A stretch of DNA of 64,000 nucleotides, taken from contig NC_091999.1 of assembly GCF_044704955.1 (NCBI RefSeq), forward strand, positions 38,564,001-38,628,000, read 5' to 3'. Within the stretch, counting starts at the first letter, position 1. Each line of letters opens with the position of its first letter. Shown here piece by piece: positions 36,910-48,270 of this stretch. The notes under the pieces were generated by a model, which was given only the letters and a program-made list of their open reading frames with translations, had not been told where the DNA came from and did not search any database. Origin of the DNA: Pristiophorus japonicus (lineage: Eukaryota). Made by a program: the position numbers and the translations under genes.

Positions 36910-37445
36910 AACATAGAAACAAAAAGAATATTTGCAGGAGTAGGCCATTCGGTGCTTCGAGCCTGCAGCATCATTCAATAAGATCATGGCTGAACATTCA
37001 ACCTCAGTACCCCTTTCCTGCTTTCTCTCCATACCCCTTGATCCCTTTAGCCGTAAGGGCCATATCTAACTCCCTTTTGAATATAACTAACGAACTGGCC
37101 TCAAGAACTTTCTGTGGTAGAGAATGCCACAGGTTAACCTCTCTCTGAGTGAAGAAGTTTCTCCTCATCTCGGTCCTAAATGCCTTACAACTTATTCTTA
37201 GACTGTGACCCATGGTTCTCGAACTCACCAGCAATGGGAACATTCTACCCGCCTCTAACCTGTCCAATCTCTTCAGAATTTTATATATTTCTATGGGAGC
37301 GCCTCTCATTCTTCTAAACTCCAGTGGATACCAGCCAAGTTGATCCAGTCTCTCCTCATATCTCAGTCCTGCCATCCCGGGAATCAAGCTGGTGAACCTT
37401 CACTGTACTCCCTCAATAGCAAGGACGTCCTTCCTCAGATTAGGG
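36910..37445 (-). mobile_element. CR1 3' fragment
   Basis: ORF 37004..37387 encodes the RT C-terminus ending GIKGYGEKAGKGY; 3' UTR and tail present. Confidence 0.9.
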
Positions 37446-38043
37446 GAAGTCGACAGACACATTGAGAGACAGAGACAAACCGACAAACAGGGAGAGACAG
37501 AGAGCGAGATAGAGACAACGAGAGACATAAAGTGTGAGACTGAGAGGGGGGTTCAGACTGAATGAGACATACACAGAGATGTGTTTGCGTGCTCCAGAAA
37601 GAGAGGGAGGCAAATGGTGATGGAATGACAGAGAAAAACACAGGGACAAAGATAGAGACAAAGACGGAGACAGATAGAGAGAAAGACAGATAGAGAGAGA
37701 GGCATAGAGACAAAAACAGAAAATGATGAAAATACTCATCAGGTTGGAGACAGGGAATAACAGCGACATGGACAGGCAGATCATGGCAAAGAGAGAGCCA
37801 GTCAGACAGAGAGACTGAGAGAATCCCATTGGAACAGAACTGGACAGAGTGAGAAAGAGACAGAGACAAACAGAGTGAGTCAGAGACTCAAACACACAAA
37901 CAGTTCTCTGAAGAGAGAAAGAGGCAGAGACTGAGCGACGCAGATACATTTCACAATCGGCTCAGAGTGTCATAGAAAAATGCTGATTCAACAGGTGAAA
38001 ATCGGGTACCACTGAACAGGATGGGAGGAAATCTGTGTTAAAT

Positions 38044-38124
38044 TAAGGAGTTGAGTTCGAACCCACGCGGGTTTAAATCAATTACATTTTAAATCCAATG
38101 CCTTAACCACTCGGCAATCCTGGT
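38044..38124 (-). pseudogene. tRNA-Leu(TAA)-like pseudogene
   Basis: Reverse complement ACCAGGATTGCCGAGTGGTTAAGGCATTGGATTTAA...CCGCGTGGGTTCGAAC resembles vertebrate Leu-TAA; stems are broken. Confidence 0.75.
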
Positions 38125-38879
38125 CCTGTCAGCATTCGGATTCTGTCTCTGTGAGAATCTGGGGTGGAACCCCACCCTCACGGACACAAAGGGTTTCAGT
38201 GCGCATTTACGAACATTTTTAGTAATAGTGACACGGGGGCAGCTCTCCTATTCTTTTTCGAGTAATGCTCTGGGAACGTTCACATCCACCCGAGGTTGCA
38301 GACGGAGCTTCAATTTAACATTTCATCCGAAAGTCAACAGCTTCGAGAATGAAAAATTCCCCAAGTACTGCAATTGAAAATCAGCAAAGATTATATGCTC
38401 AAGTCTCAGGAGTGCGACTTGAACACACAAACTCCAGATTCAGTCGAGAATGCTGCCACTGAACCAAAGCCGATACCAAAGTTCACAACCCTATTATTTT
38501 CCGCAAGTTTTTTAAAAATGTTCAAGCACATACCAAATTCATGGTGATGATTTCCACAGACAGTTGCACATACGCAGAGACATACATACAGATAGACAGA
38601 CAGAGAGAGACACACACACACAACCAAAAATATACACGCACCAACGGACATGCACAGAGTGCCTTCGACATTTCGAGGGAAAGACAGGCTGAAGCAATGT
38701 CGCAAATTTGGCTGACTTTTGCGTTTTTCTATCCGTATGTATCGTGAATATTGCAGATTAATAACAATGAGTAAAAATGTGTCAGTGTTGAAAGGTGTGG
38801 CACATTATTCCATCTATCACAGGATCAGTTTTGCAAAGACCTGGTTAAATTGTGAAGTGGAATGAAAAATGCTTAGAAC

Positions 38880-38962
38880 CATAGTCGGCAAGGTTCGATC
38901 CTTCGTGATGAAAACCCAATGGATTATCTCGTCTATTGCCTTAAAATCTCGGCCACGGCTAC
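38880..38962 (-). pseudogene. tRNA-Ser-like pseudogene
   Basis: Reverse complement GTAGCCGTGGCCGAG...ATCCATTGGGTTT...CCTTGCCGACTATG; heavily mutated. Confidence 0.7.
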
Positions 38963-39167
38963 TGGCTAACTGGCTTGTTAAATGTTACTCAGATAAAACT
39001 CTGTGCAACTGACGGCCACAGAATCCTGAAACAGTCTCCGTTTGTGAAAGATCTGGAAGAGGCAATCCCCTCTTGCTGTATTTTTCGTGTTCGAAATTGC
39101 TCTTCAACTTTTTAACATTAATCTATACCAGGAAACAGAAGTAAGATTCAACATTTTGAAAAAGTTT

Positions 39168-39240
39168 CATCCTATCGGGGCATTGAACCCCACATCTCAC
39201 GCTTGACAAGCAGGGATACTGACCACGAAATTAACAAATA
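39168..39240 (-). pseudogene. tRNA-Asp(GTC)-like pseudogene
   Basis: Reverse complement ...GTGGTCAGTATCCCTGCTTGTCAAGCGTGAGATGTGGGGTTCAATGCCCCGATAGG. Confidence 0.65.
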
Positions 39241-40463
39241 TGAATTCTATCAGAGCAGGAATCGAGCTGTGAACAGAAATGGACACCATGAGAAGTAGAC
39301 AGGCACATTGAGGGACAGAGACAAACCGACAAACAAGGAGAGACAGGCAACGAGATAGAGACAACAAGAGACGGAAAGTGTGAGACTGAGAATGAGAGGC
39401 AGACAGCTGGAGAAAAAGACTCAAACGCAGACATATACAGAGATGTGTGTGTGTGTGTGTGATCCATAAAGAGAGAGAGGGAAAGATTGAGAGAAAGACA
39501 GTGATAAAGACAGTAACAAGGAGAGAGACAGATAGAGAGAGAGCGGCAGGTAGAGAGAGAGAGAGACAAAGATATAAACAGAAAATTATGGAAATACTCA
39601 GCAGGTTAGAGACAGGAACTACCAGCGACAGGCAAAGAGAGACAGACAGGCAGAGACATAGACAGACAGAGATGATGGGAAAGAGTGAGTCAGTCAGACA
39701 GAGAGACTAAGAGAATCCCATTGGAACAGAACTGGACACCGTGAGAAAGAAACAGACACATTGAGAAACAGAGACAAACATGGAAACAGGGAGTGACAGA
39801 CAGCGAGATAGAGACAAAGAGAGACAGAAAGTTTGAGACTGAGAGGGAGGGTCAGACTGAATGAGACAAAGACTCAAATACATACATACACAGAAATGTG
39901 TTTGCGTGCTACATAAAGAGAGGGAGGGAAATAGTGATGGAATGACAAGAAAAAGCCAGGGACAAAGAGAGAGAAAAAGAGGGAGACAAACAGAGAGAAA
40001 GACAGATAGAGAGAGAAACAAGTAGACAAAAACAGAAAATTATGGAAATACTCATCAGGTTAGAGACAAGGACGAACAGAGACAGGCAAAGACATGGGCA
40101 GACAGAGATGATGGGAAAGAGAGAGACAGTCAGACAGAGAGTCTGAGAGAATCCCTTTCGAACAGAACTGGACACCGTGAGAAGAATACAGATTGAGAGA
40201 CAGAGACAAACAGAAAAATAGGGATAGACAGAGTGAATCAGAGAGAGGCGGACTGAGAGAGACAAAGACTCAAACACAGAAATACATACACATCTCTCTA
40301 AAGAGAGAGAGAGAGGCATAGACAGATACAAATACAGCGAAACAGATACATTTCACAATTCATTTCATCATCTGCTCAGAGTTTCACAGAGTTACAGAAA
40401 AATGCAACTGCAACACATGAAAATCGGGTGTCACTGAGCAGGATGGGAAAAATCTCTGTTTTA

Positions 40464-40544
40464 TTAAGGAATGGTATACGAACCCACGCGGGAAAAAGCC
40501 ACGGAATTTTAAGGCCAACGCTTTAACCACTCGGCCATCCGGGT
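40464..40544 (-). pseudogene. tRNA-Leu(TAA)-like pseudogene
   Basis: Reverse complement ACCCGGATGGCCGAGTGGTTAAAGCGTTGGCCTTAA...CCGCGTGGGTTCG. Confidence 0.75.
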
Positions 40545-41308
40545 CCTGTCATCAGTTCGACTCTGTCTCTCCGAGAATCTGGGCTTCAACTCCACCCCCA
40601 TAGACAAACACACACACGTGGGTTTCAGGGAGCATTTCCGAACATTTTTAGTAATAATGACAAGGTGGCAACTCTCCTTTTCTTTTTCGTGTAATGCTCT
40701 GGGAACTTTTCCATCAAGCCGAGGGTGCAGACGGAGCTTCAATTTAACATTTCATCCGAAAGTCAACAGCTTCAAAATGCAAAATTCCCCAAGTGCTGCA
40801 GTTGGGTGTTAGCCAAAATGTATATGCTCCAATCTCAGGAATGCGACTTGAACACACAAACTCCTGATTCAGTCGAGAATGCTGCCACTGAACCAAAGCC
40901 GATACCAAAGTTCACAATCGTATTATTTTTCCCGAAGTCTTTTTAATAAGTTCCAGGACATACCAAATTCATGGTGATGATTTCCACAGACAGTTGCACA
41001 TACACAGAGACATATATAGAGATAGACAGACACAGAGACACAGACAAACACATAACCAAAAATATATACGCACCAACGGACATGCACCGATGCCTCAGAC
41101 ATATAGAGGGAGAAGCAGGCTGTATCACTGTCGCTACTTTGGCTGATTTTTGCGTTTTTCTATCCTTATGTATCGTCAATATTGCAGATTAATAGAAATG
41201 AAAAATAAATGTCAGTCTTTACAGCTGTGGGATATTATTCCACCTATTTCGGTATGTGTTTTGCAAGACCTGGTTAAATTGTGAAATGGAATGAAAAATG
41301 CCAAGAAT

Positions 41309-41391
41309 TGCAATCAGTAGGTTTCGAACCTGTGCGGGGAAACCCCAATAGATTATCGAGCTCATCACCTAAACCAGTCGGCTACGACTGC
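41309..41391 (-). pseudogene. tRNA-Ser(CGA)-like pseudogene
   Basis: Reverse complement GCAGTCGTAGCCGACTGG...CTCGATAATCTATTGGGGTTTCCCCGCACAGGTTCGAAACCT. Confidence 0.72.
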
Positions 41392-41608
41392 TGGTTTGCT
41401 GCATTTTAAATTTTACTCAAATAAAACTCAGTCATCTATCTCTGTGCAGCAGCCGGCCACAGAATCCTGAATAAGTTTCCGTTTGCTAAAAAATCTGGAA
41501 GGCAATCTTCTTTTTCAGTATTTTTACTCTTCTATATTGCTCTCGAACTTTTTAACATGAATCTATACCAAGAAACAAAAGTAAAATTCTACATTTTGAA
41601 AAAGCCTT

Positions 41609-41680
41609 CTCCCCATCGGGAAATTCAACTCTGGTCTCCCGCGTGTCAGGCGGTGATATTCAACATTGTACTAAAGAGGT
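41609..41680 (-). pseudogene. tRNA-Asp-like pseudogene (anticodon mutated to GAC)
   Basis: Reverse complement ACCTCTTTAGTACAATG...CCGCCTGACACGCGGGAGACCAGAGTTGAATTTCCCGATGGGGAG, 72 nt. Confidence 0.72.
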
Positions 41681-42367
41681 ACTGACAGGTGCAGCTTTTT
41701 AGACAGCAGGAATCGAGCTGTGAAAAGAACTGGGCACCATGAAAAAGAGGCAGACACAATGAGAGACAGTCAAACAGAGGAACTGACGGGTATGTGCTCT
41801 CTCAGAGCAGGAATCGAGCTGTGAACAGAACTGGACACCATGAGAAGTCGACAGAAACACTGAGAGACAGAGACAAACAGAGAAACAGGGAGAGACAGGC
41901 AGCGAGATAGAGACAAAGAGACAGATAAAGTGTGAGACTGAGAGGGAGAGACAGACACAGTGAGAAAATAACTCAAGCACACACATACACAGAGATATGT
42001 GCATGCTCTATAAAGAGAGAGAGGGAAAGAGTGATAGCAATACAGAGATGAAGACAGGGACAAAGAGAGACACAGAGATAGCCAGATAGAGAGAGAGACA
42101 GATAGAAAGAGAGATAGAGATAAAAAGAGAAAATTATGGAAATACTCAGCAGGTTAGAGACAGGTACGAACAGAGACAGGAAAAGAAAGGCAGACAGGCA
42201 CAGACATAGACAAATAGAAAGAGACGATGGGAAAGAGAGAGACAGTCAGACAGAGAGGGATGATGGGAAAGAGAGAGCCAAATAGACAAAGAGACTGAGA
42301 GAATCCCATTGGAGCAGAACTTTGACACCGAAAGAAAGAAAAAGAATGAGAGACAGAGACAAACAGA

Positions 42368-45300
42368 GAAACATAGAAAATAGGTGCAGGAGTAGGCCAT
42401 TCGGGCTTTCGAGTCTGCACCACCATTCAATAAGATCATGGCTGATCATTCACCTCAGTAACACTTTCCTGCTTTCTCTCCATACCTCTTGATGCCTTTG
42501 GCCATATCGGCAATATCTAACTCCCTCTTCAACATATCCAATGAACTGGCATCAACAACTCTCTGCGGTAGGTAATTCTAGAGGTTAACAACTCTCTGGG
42601 TGAAGAAGTTTCTCCTCATCTCGGTCCTAAATGACCTGCCCCTTATCATTAGACTGTGTCCCCTAATTCTGGACTTCCCCAACATCGGGAATTTTCTTGC
42701 TGCATCTAACCTGTTAAGTCCCGTCAGAATTGTTCATGATTCTATGAGATCCCCTCTCATGCTTCTAAACTCCAGTGACTACAAGCCACTGTAGATCCAG
42801 TCTCTCCTCATATGTCAGTCCTGTCATCCCGGGAATCAGTCTGGTGAACCTTCGCTGCACTCCCTCAATAGCATGAAAGTCCTTCCTCAGATTACGAGAC
42901 CAAAACTGAACACAATATTCCAGGTGAGGTCTCACAAAGGCCCTGTACAACTGCAGTATGGCCTCCCTGCTCCGATACTCAAATCCCCTAGCTATGAAGG
43001 TCAACATTCCTTTTGCCTTCTTCACTGCCTGCTGCAACTGCATGTCAGCTTTCAATGACTGATGTACCATGACGCCCAGGTCTCGTTGCACCTCCCCTTT
43101 TCCTAATCTGTTGCCATACAGACAATATTCTGCCTTCGTGTTTGTGCGACTAAAGTGGATAACCTCACATTTATCCACATTATTCTGCATCTTCCATGCA
43201 TTTGCCAACTCACCTAACCGGTCCAAGTCAGTCTGCAGCCTCTTAGCGTCCTCCTCACAGCTCACATCGCCACCCTGTTGGCATCATCTGCAAACTTGAA
43301 GATATTACACTCAATTCCTTCATCTAAATCATTAATGTATATTGTAAATTGCTGGGATACCAGCACTGAGCCCTGTGGCACCCCACTAGTCACTGCCTGC
43401 TTTTCTGAAAAGGACCCGTTTATTCCGACTCTCTGCTTCCTGTCTGCCAACCAGTTCTCTATCCACGTCAGTACATTATATCCAATACCATGTGCTTTAA
43501 CTTTGCACACCAATACGTCTGTGCGACCTTTGTGAAAGCCTTTTGAAAGTCCAAATACACCACATCCACTGGTTCCCCTTGTACACTATACTAGCTACAT
43601 CCTCAAATAATTTCAGAAGATTTGTCGAGCTTGATTTTCCTTTCATAAATTCATGCAGCTTTGACCAATCCTGTCACTGCTTTCCAAATGCGCTGCAAAT
43701 TCATCTTTAATAATTGATTCCTACATTTTCCCCACTACTGATGTCAGGCTAACCGGTCTATAATTATCCGTTTTCAATCTCCCTCCTTTTTCAAAAATGT
43801 GGTTTTACATTATTTACCCTTCAGTTCATACGAACTGATCTAGAGTCGATAGACTGTTCGAAAATGATCACCAATGCATCCGCTATTTCTAGGGCCACTT
43901 CCTTAAGTACTTTCCAATGCAGACTATCAGGCCCCGGGGATTAATCGGCCTTCAATCCCATCAATTTCCCGAACACAATTACCTGACTAATAAGGATTTC
44001 CTTCAGTTCCTCCTTCTCGCTAGATCCTCGGTGCCCTAGTATTTCTGGAAGGTTATGCGTTCCTTCCTTCGTGAAGACACAACCAAAGTTATTGTTCAAC
44101 TGCTCTACAATTTCCTTCTTCCCCATTATAAATTCACCTGAATCTGATTGCAAGGGACCTACGTTTGTCTTCTCTAATCTTTTTGTCTTCACATATCTAT
44201 AGAACTTTATTAGGTCCCCAGCAAGCTTCCTCTCATAATCTATTTCCCCCCTGCTAATTAAACCCTTTGTCCTCCTCAGCTGAATTGTAAATTTCTTCCA
44301 GTCCTCAGGTTGCGGCTTTTTCTGGACAATTTATATGCCTCTTCCCTGGATTTAACACTATCCTTAATTTCCTTTGTTAGCCACGGTTGAGCCACATTCA
44401 CCGTTTTATTTTTACTCCAGACAGGGAAATATAATTGTTGAAGTTCATCCATGTGATCTTTAAATGTTTGCCATTGCCAATCGAAATTCAAACCCTTTAA
44501 ATATCATTCACCAGTCTATTCTAGCAAATTCACGTCACATACCATCGAAGTTACCTTTCCTTAAGTTCAAGACCCTAGTCTCTGAATTAACTGTGTCACT
44601 CGCCACCTTAATAAAGAATTCTACCTTATTATGGTCACTCTTCCCCAAGGGGCCTCGCACAACAAGATTGCTAATTAGTCCTTTCTCATTACACATCACC
44701 CAGTCTAGGATGGCCAGCCCTCTAGATGGTCCCTCGCTATATTGAGTGAGAAAACCATCCCTAATACGCTCGAGGAAGTCCTCCTGCACCGTATTGCTAC
44801 CTTTTTGGTTAGCCCAATTTACATGTAAAGTAAAGTCGCCCTTGATAACTGCTGTATCTTTATGGCACGCATCCCTAATTTCTTGTTTGATGCTGTCCCC
44901 AACCTCACTACTACTCTCTGCGGATCTGTACACAACTCCTCTTGCGTTTTCTTCCCTTTGGTATTCCGCAGCTCCACCTATTCATATTCCACATCATCCA
45001 AGCTAATGGCGTTCCTTACTATTGCCTTAATTTCCTCTTTAACCAGCAACACTACCCGATCACCTTTTCATTTCTGTCTATGCTTCCTGAATGTTGAATT
45101 CCCAGCCTTGGTCACCCTGGAGCCATGTCTCCGTGATGCCAATTATTTCATATTCAGTAATTGCTGCTTGTGCAGTTAATTCGTCCACCTTATTACGAAT
45201 ACTCCTCGCAATGAGGCACAGAGCCTCCAGGCTTGTTATTTTAACACACTTGGACCCTTTAGAATTTTGCTGTAAAGTGGCCCTATTTGATATTTGCCGT

Positions 45301-45676
45301 GGGTTTCTCTGCCCTCCAACTTTACTTTTATTCTTTCACTTCTGCGCCCATTCTACTTCCCTCTGTCTCCCGTCGCCCTGCCATATTACTGTAAACCCTC
45401 CCCAGAAACTCGAGCAAACACTCCCCCTTGAAATTTGGTTCTGGTCCTGCCCAGGTGCAGACCGTCCGGTTTCGTTCTGGTCCCACCTCCCACAGAACCG
45501 GCTCCAAAGTCCCAGGAACTTGAATCCCTCCCATCTGCACCACACATTCATCTGAGCTCTCCTGTGATTCCTGCTCCGACTAGCAGGTGGCACTGGCAGC
45601 AATGCTGAGTTTGTGACCTATGAAGTCCTACTTTTTAATTTAACTCCAAGCTCCCTGAATTCAGCTTGTTGATCCT
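42368..45676 (-). mobile_element. CR1 LINE from the ORF1 C-terminus to the 3' tail, degenerate, inserted in the tRNA array
   Basis: ORF1 esterase remnant (FKFLGLWSRFCGRWDQ), endonuclease (SDHN) and RT fragments (42765..43265, 43262..43513); acatagaaaataggtgcagg tail. Confidence 0.92.
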
Positions 45677-45862
45677 CAGACACAGTGAGTCAGAGACTCA
45701 AACACGTAAAGATATATAGAGCGCTCTAAAGACAGAGAGTGAGAGGCACTTCACAATTACATTTCTTGGTCAGTTGAGAGTGTGACAGAGTTACAGTTTC
45801 AACAGAAGGCATTCGGGTATCACTGAGCAGGATGGGAGAAAATCGGTGTTAAATTCAACAGT

Positions 45863-45945
45863 TACTAGAAGTGGGGTTCGAATCTACGTGGGTATAAAAC
45901 CATTTGATCTTAAATGCAACGACTTATACACTCGGCCATTCTGCA
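45863..45945 (-). pseudogene. tRNA-Leu(TAA)-like pseudogene
   Basis: Reverse complement ...AGAATGGCCGAGTG...TTTAAGATCAAATGG...TTCGAACCCCACTTCTAGTA. Confidence 0.72.
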
Positions 45946-46682
45946 CTTGTGAACCATCACATTCTGTCTCTGTGAGAATCTGGGCTTGAGCTCCACCCTC
46001 ACAGACACACGCATACACACAGGTTTTCAGTGAGCATTTCAGAATATTCATATAAAAGTGACACGGGGACAACTCATTACTCTTTTTCGAATAATGCTGT
46101 GGGAACTTTCACATTCACCCGAGAGAGCAGACGGAGCTTCAATTTAACATTTCATCCGAAAGTCAACAGCTTCAACAATGCAAAATTCCGCAAGTACTGC
46201 ACTTGAGTGTCAACCAAGATTACAAGCTCAAGTCTCAGGAGTGGGACTTGAAGTCGAAAATGCTGTCGCTGTAGCAAAGCCGATATCAAATGTCACAACC
46301 GTATTATTTTCCCCAAATCTTTTTTAAAACTTCCAGGACATACCAAATTCATGGTGATGATATCCACAGACAGTTGCGCATACACAGTGACATATACACA
46401 GATAGACAGACACAGAGACAGAGACGCATACATAACCAAAAATATAGATGCACCAATGGGCATACACAGAGTGCCTTAGACATATAGAGGGATAGACAGG
46501 CTGAATCACTGTCGCTAATTTAGCTGATATTTGCGTTTTTCTATCCGTATGTATCGTGAATATTGCAGATTAATCAAAATGAGAAAAAAATTTCAGTGTT
46601 GAAAGGTGTGGGACGTTATTCCACCCAACCGTTTTGCAGGGATCTGGTTAAAGTTTGAAATGGAATGAAAAATTTTGAGATT

Positions 46683-46764
46683 CGTAGTTGGCAGGATTCG
46701 AACCTGCGCGGGTAAACGCCAATGGATATCGAGTCAATCTCCTTAACCACTCGGCCACGACTAC
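46683..46764 (-). pseudogene. tRNA-Ser(CGA), best preserved copy but with stem mismatches
   Basis: Reverse complement GTAGTCGTGGCCGAGTGGTTAAGGAGATTGACTCGATATCCATTGGCGTTTACCCGCGCAGGTTCGAATCCTGCCAACTACG. A and B boxes intact with a T-run downstream; mismatches in acceptor, D and anticodon stems. Confidence 0.82.
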
Positions 46765-46980
46765 TGCGTTGGCACGTTTTTAAATGTTACTCAGACAAAA
46801 CTCAATCATTCATTTCTCTGCATCAGAACATCAGAGTCCTGAAAAAGTCTCCGATTCCTAAAAATCTGGAAGAGCCAATATCCTCTTGCTGTATTTTTAC
46901 TCTTCTATGTTGCATTTGATCTTTTAATATGAATCTATACCGAATAACATAAGTACAATTCTACATTTCGAAAATGCTTC

Positions 46981-47025
46981 CTCCCGCCTGACAGGTGGGG
47001 ATACTCACGACTATATTAACGAGGT
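46981..47025 (-). pseudogene. tRNA-Asp(GTC) 5' half (T-arm deleted)
   Basis: Reverse complement ACCTCGTTAATATAGTCGTGAGTATCCCCACCTGTCAGGCGGGAG. Confidence 0.7.
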
Positions 47026-47789
47026 ACTGACGGGTGTGGATTTTGAGTCAGCAGGAATTGAGCTGTGAAAAGAACTTGACACCATGAGAAAGAGACAGAC
47101 ACATTGAGAGACAGACACAAAAACAGAAACAGGGAGAGACAGACAGCGAGCTAGAGATATAGAGAGCAAGTGTGAGACCAAGAGAGATAGGCAGACTGAG
47201 TGAGACAAAGACTCAAACAGACACATACACAGAGATTACTGTGTGTGTGCTCCATAAAGAGAGGGAGGCAAATAGTAATGGAAAGCCAGAGACAAAGACA
47301 AAGCTATGGACAAAGAGAGCGACAAAGAGAGAGAGAGAGAAATAATGAGACATAAGATAGAGAGAGAGAGAGAGATAAAAACAGAAAATGATGGAAATAC
47401 TCAACAGGTTAGAGACAGGGTCGAACAGAGACAGGCAAAGAGAGACAGACAGGCAGAGATATAGACAGACAGTGATGATGGGAAAGATAGAGACAGTCAG
47501 ACAGAGAGACTGAGAGAATCCCATTGGAACAGAACTGGACACTGTGAGAAAGACACAGGCAGATTGAGAGACCGAGACAAACAGAAAAACAGGGAGAGAC
47601 AGAGTGAGTCAGAGAGAGGCAGAGTGAGGGAGACAAAGACTCAAACACGCAAACACATGCACAGATCTCTAAAGAGACAGAGATAGAGAGTGAGGCAGAG
47701 ACTGAAAGACACAGATACATTTCACGATTCCATTTCTTTATCGGTTCAGAATGTCACAGAGTTACAGTAAAATGCAGATTCAACAGATT

Positions 47790-48270
47790 CTTCCTGTAGT
47801 TGTACAGGGCCTTGGTGAGGCCTCACTTGGAATATTGTGTTCTGTTTTGATCTCCTAATGTGAGGAACGACGTTCTTGCTATTGAGGGAGTGCAGCGAAG
47901 GTTCACCAGACTGATTCCCGGGATGGCTGGACTGTCATGTGAGGAGAGACTGGATCAACTGGATTTTTATACATTGGAGCTTAGAAGGATGAGAGGGGAT
48001 TTCATAGAAACATAAAGATTCTGACGGGACGGGACAGGTTAGATGCAGGTAGCTTGTCCCGATGTTGGGGAAGTCCAGAACCAGGGGACAGAGCCTTAGG
48101 ACAGCCATGTCAACGTGGTGCAAATTATATCATATTCATTAATTGCTGCCTGTGCAGTTAATTCGTCCACCTTATTACGAATACTCCTCGCATTGAGGCA
48201 CAGAGACTTCAGGCTTGTCTTTTTAACAACTTTGTCCCTTGAGACTTTTGCTGTAATGTGGCCCTTTTTG
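47790..48270. mobile_element. Two short CR1 pieces in opposite orientation (RT end on +, endonuclease start on -)
   Basis: LYRALVRPHLEYCV-type remnant on + (47790-48100); KSLCLNARSIRNKVDELT on - (~48115-48270). Confidence 0.8.

Larger units (their letters stand above)
36390..47790 (-). repeat. Decayed tandem array of a ~2.4-kb unit (tRNA-Leu, Deu-SINE piece, tRNA-Ser, tRNA-Asp, AG-rich spacer), about 3.5 units, interrupted by CR1s
   Basis: Same ordered landmarks recur; Leu-to-Leu spacing 38124 to 40544 is 2420 bp; the third Leu at 45945 is displaced by a ~3.3-kb CR1. Confidence 0.88.

Noticed and set aside
37435-47720. Many S/L/C/V-rich ORFs on the - strand
   Set aside because: Translations of (AG)/(AGAC)-rich low-complexity spacers; the same applies to H/T-rich ORFs in the CA tracts at 24.8-27.7 kb.
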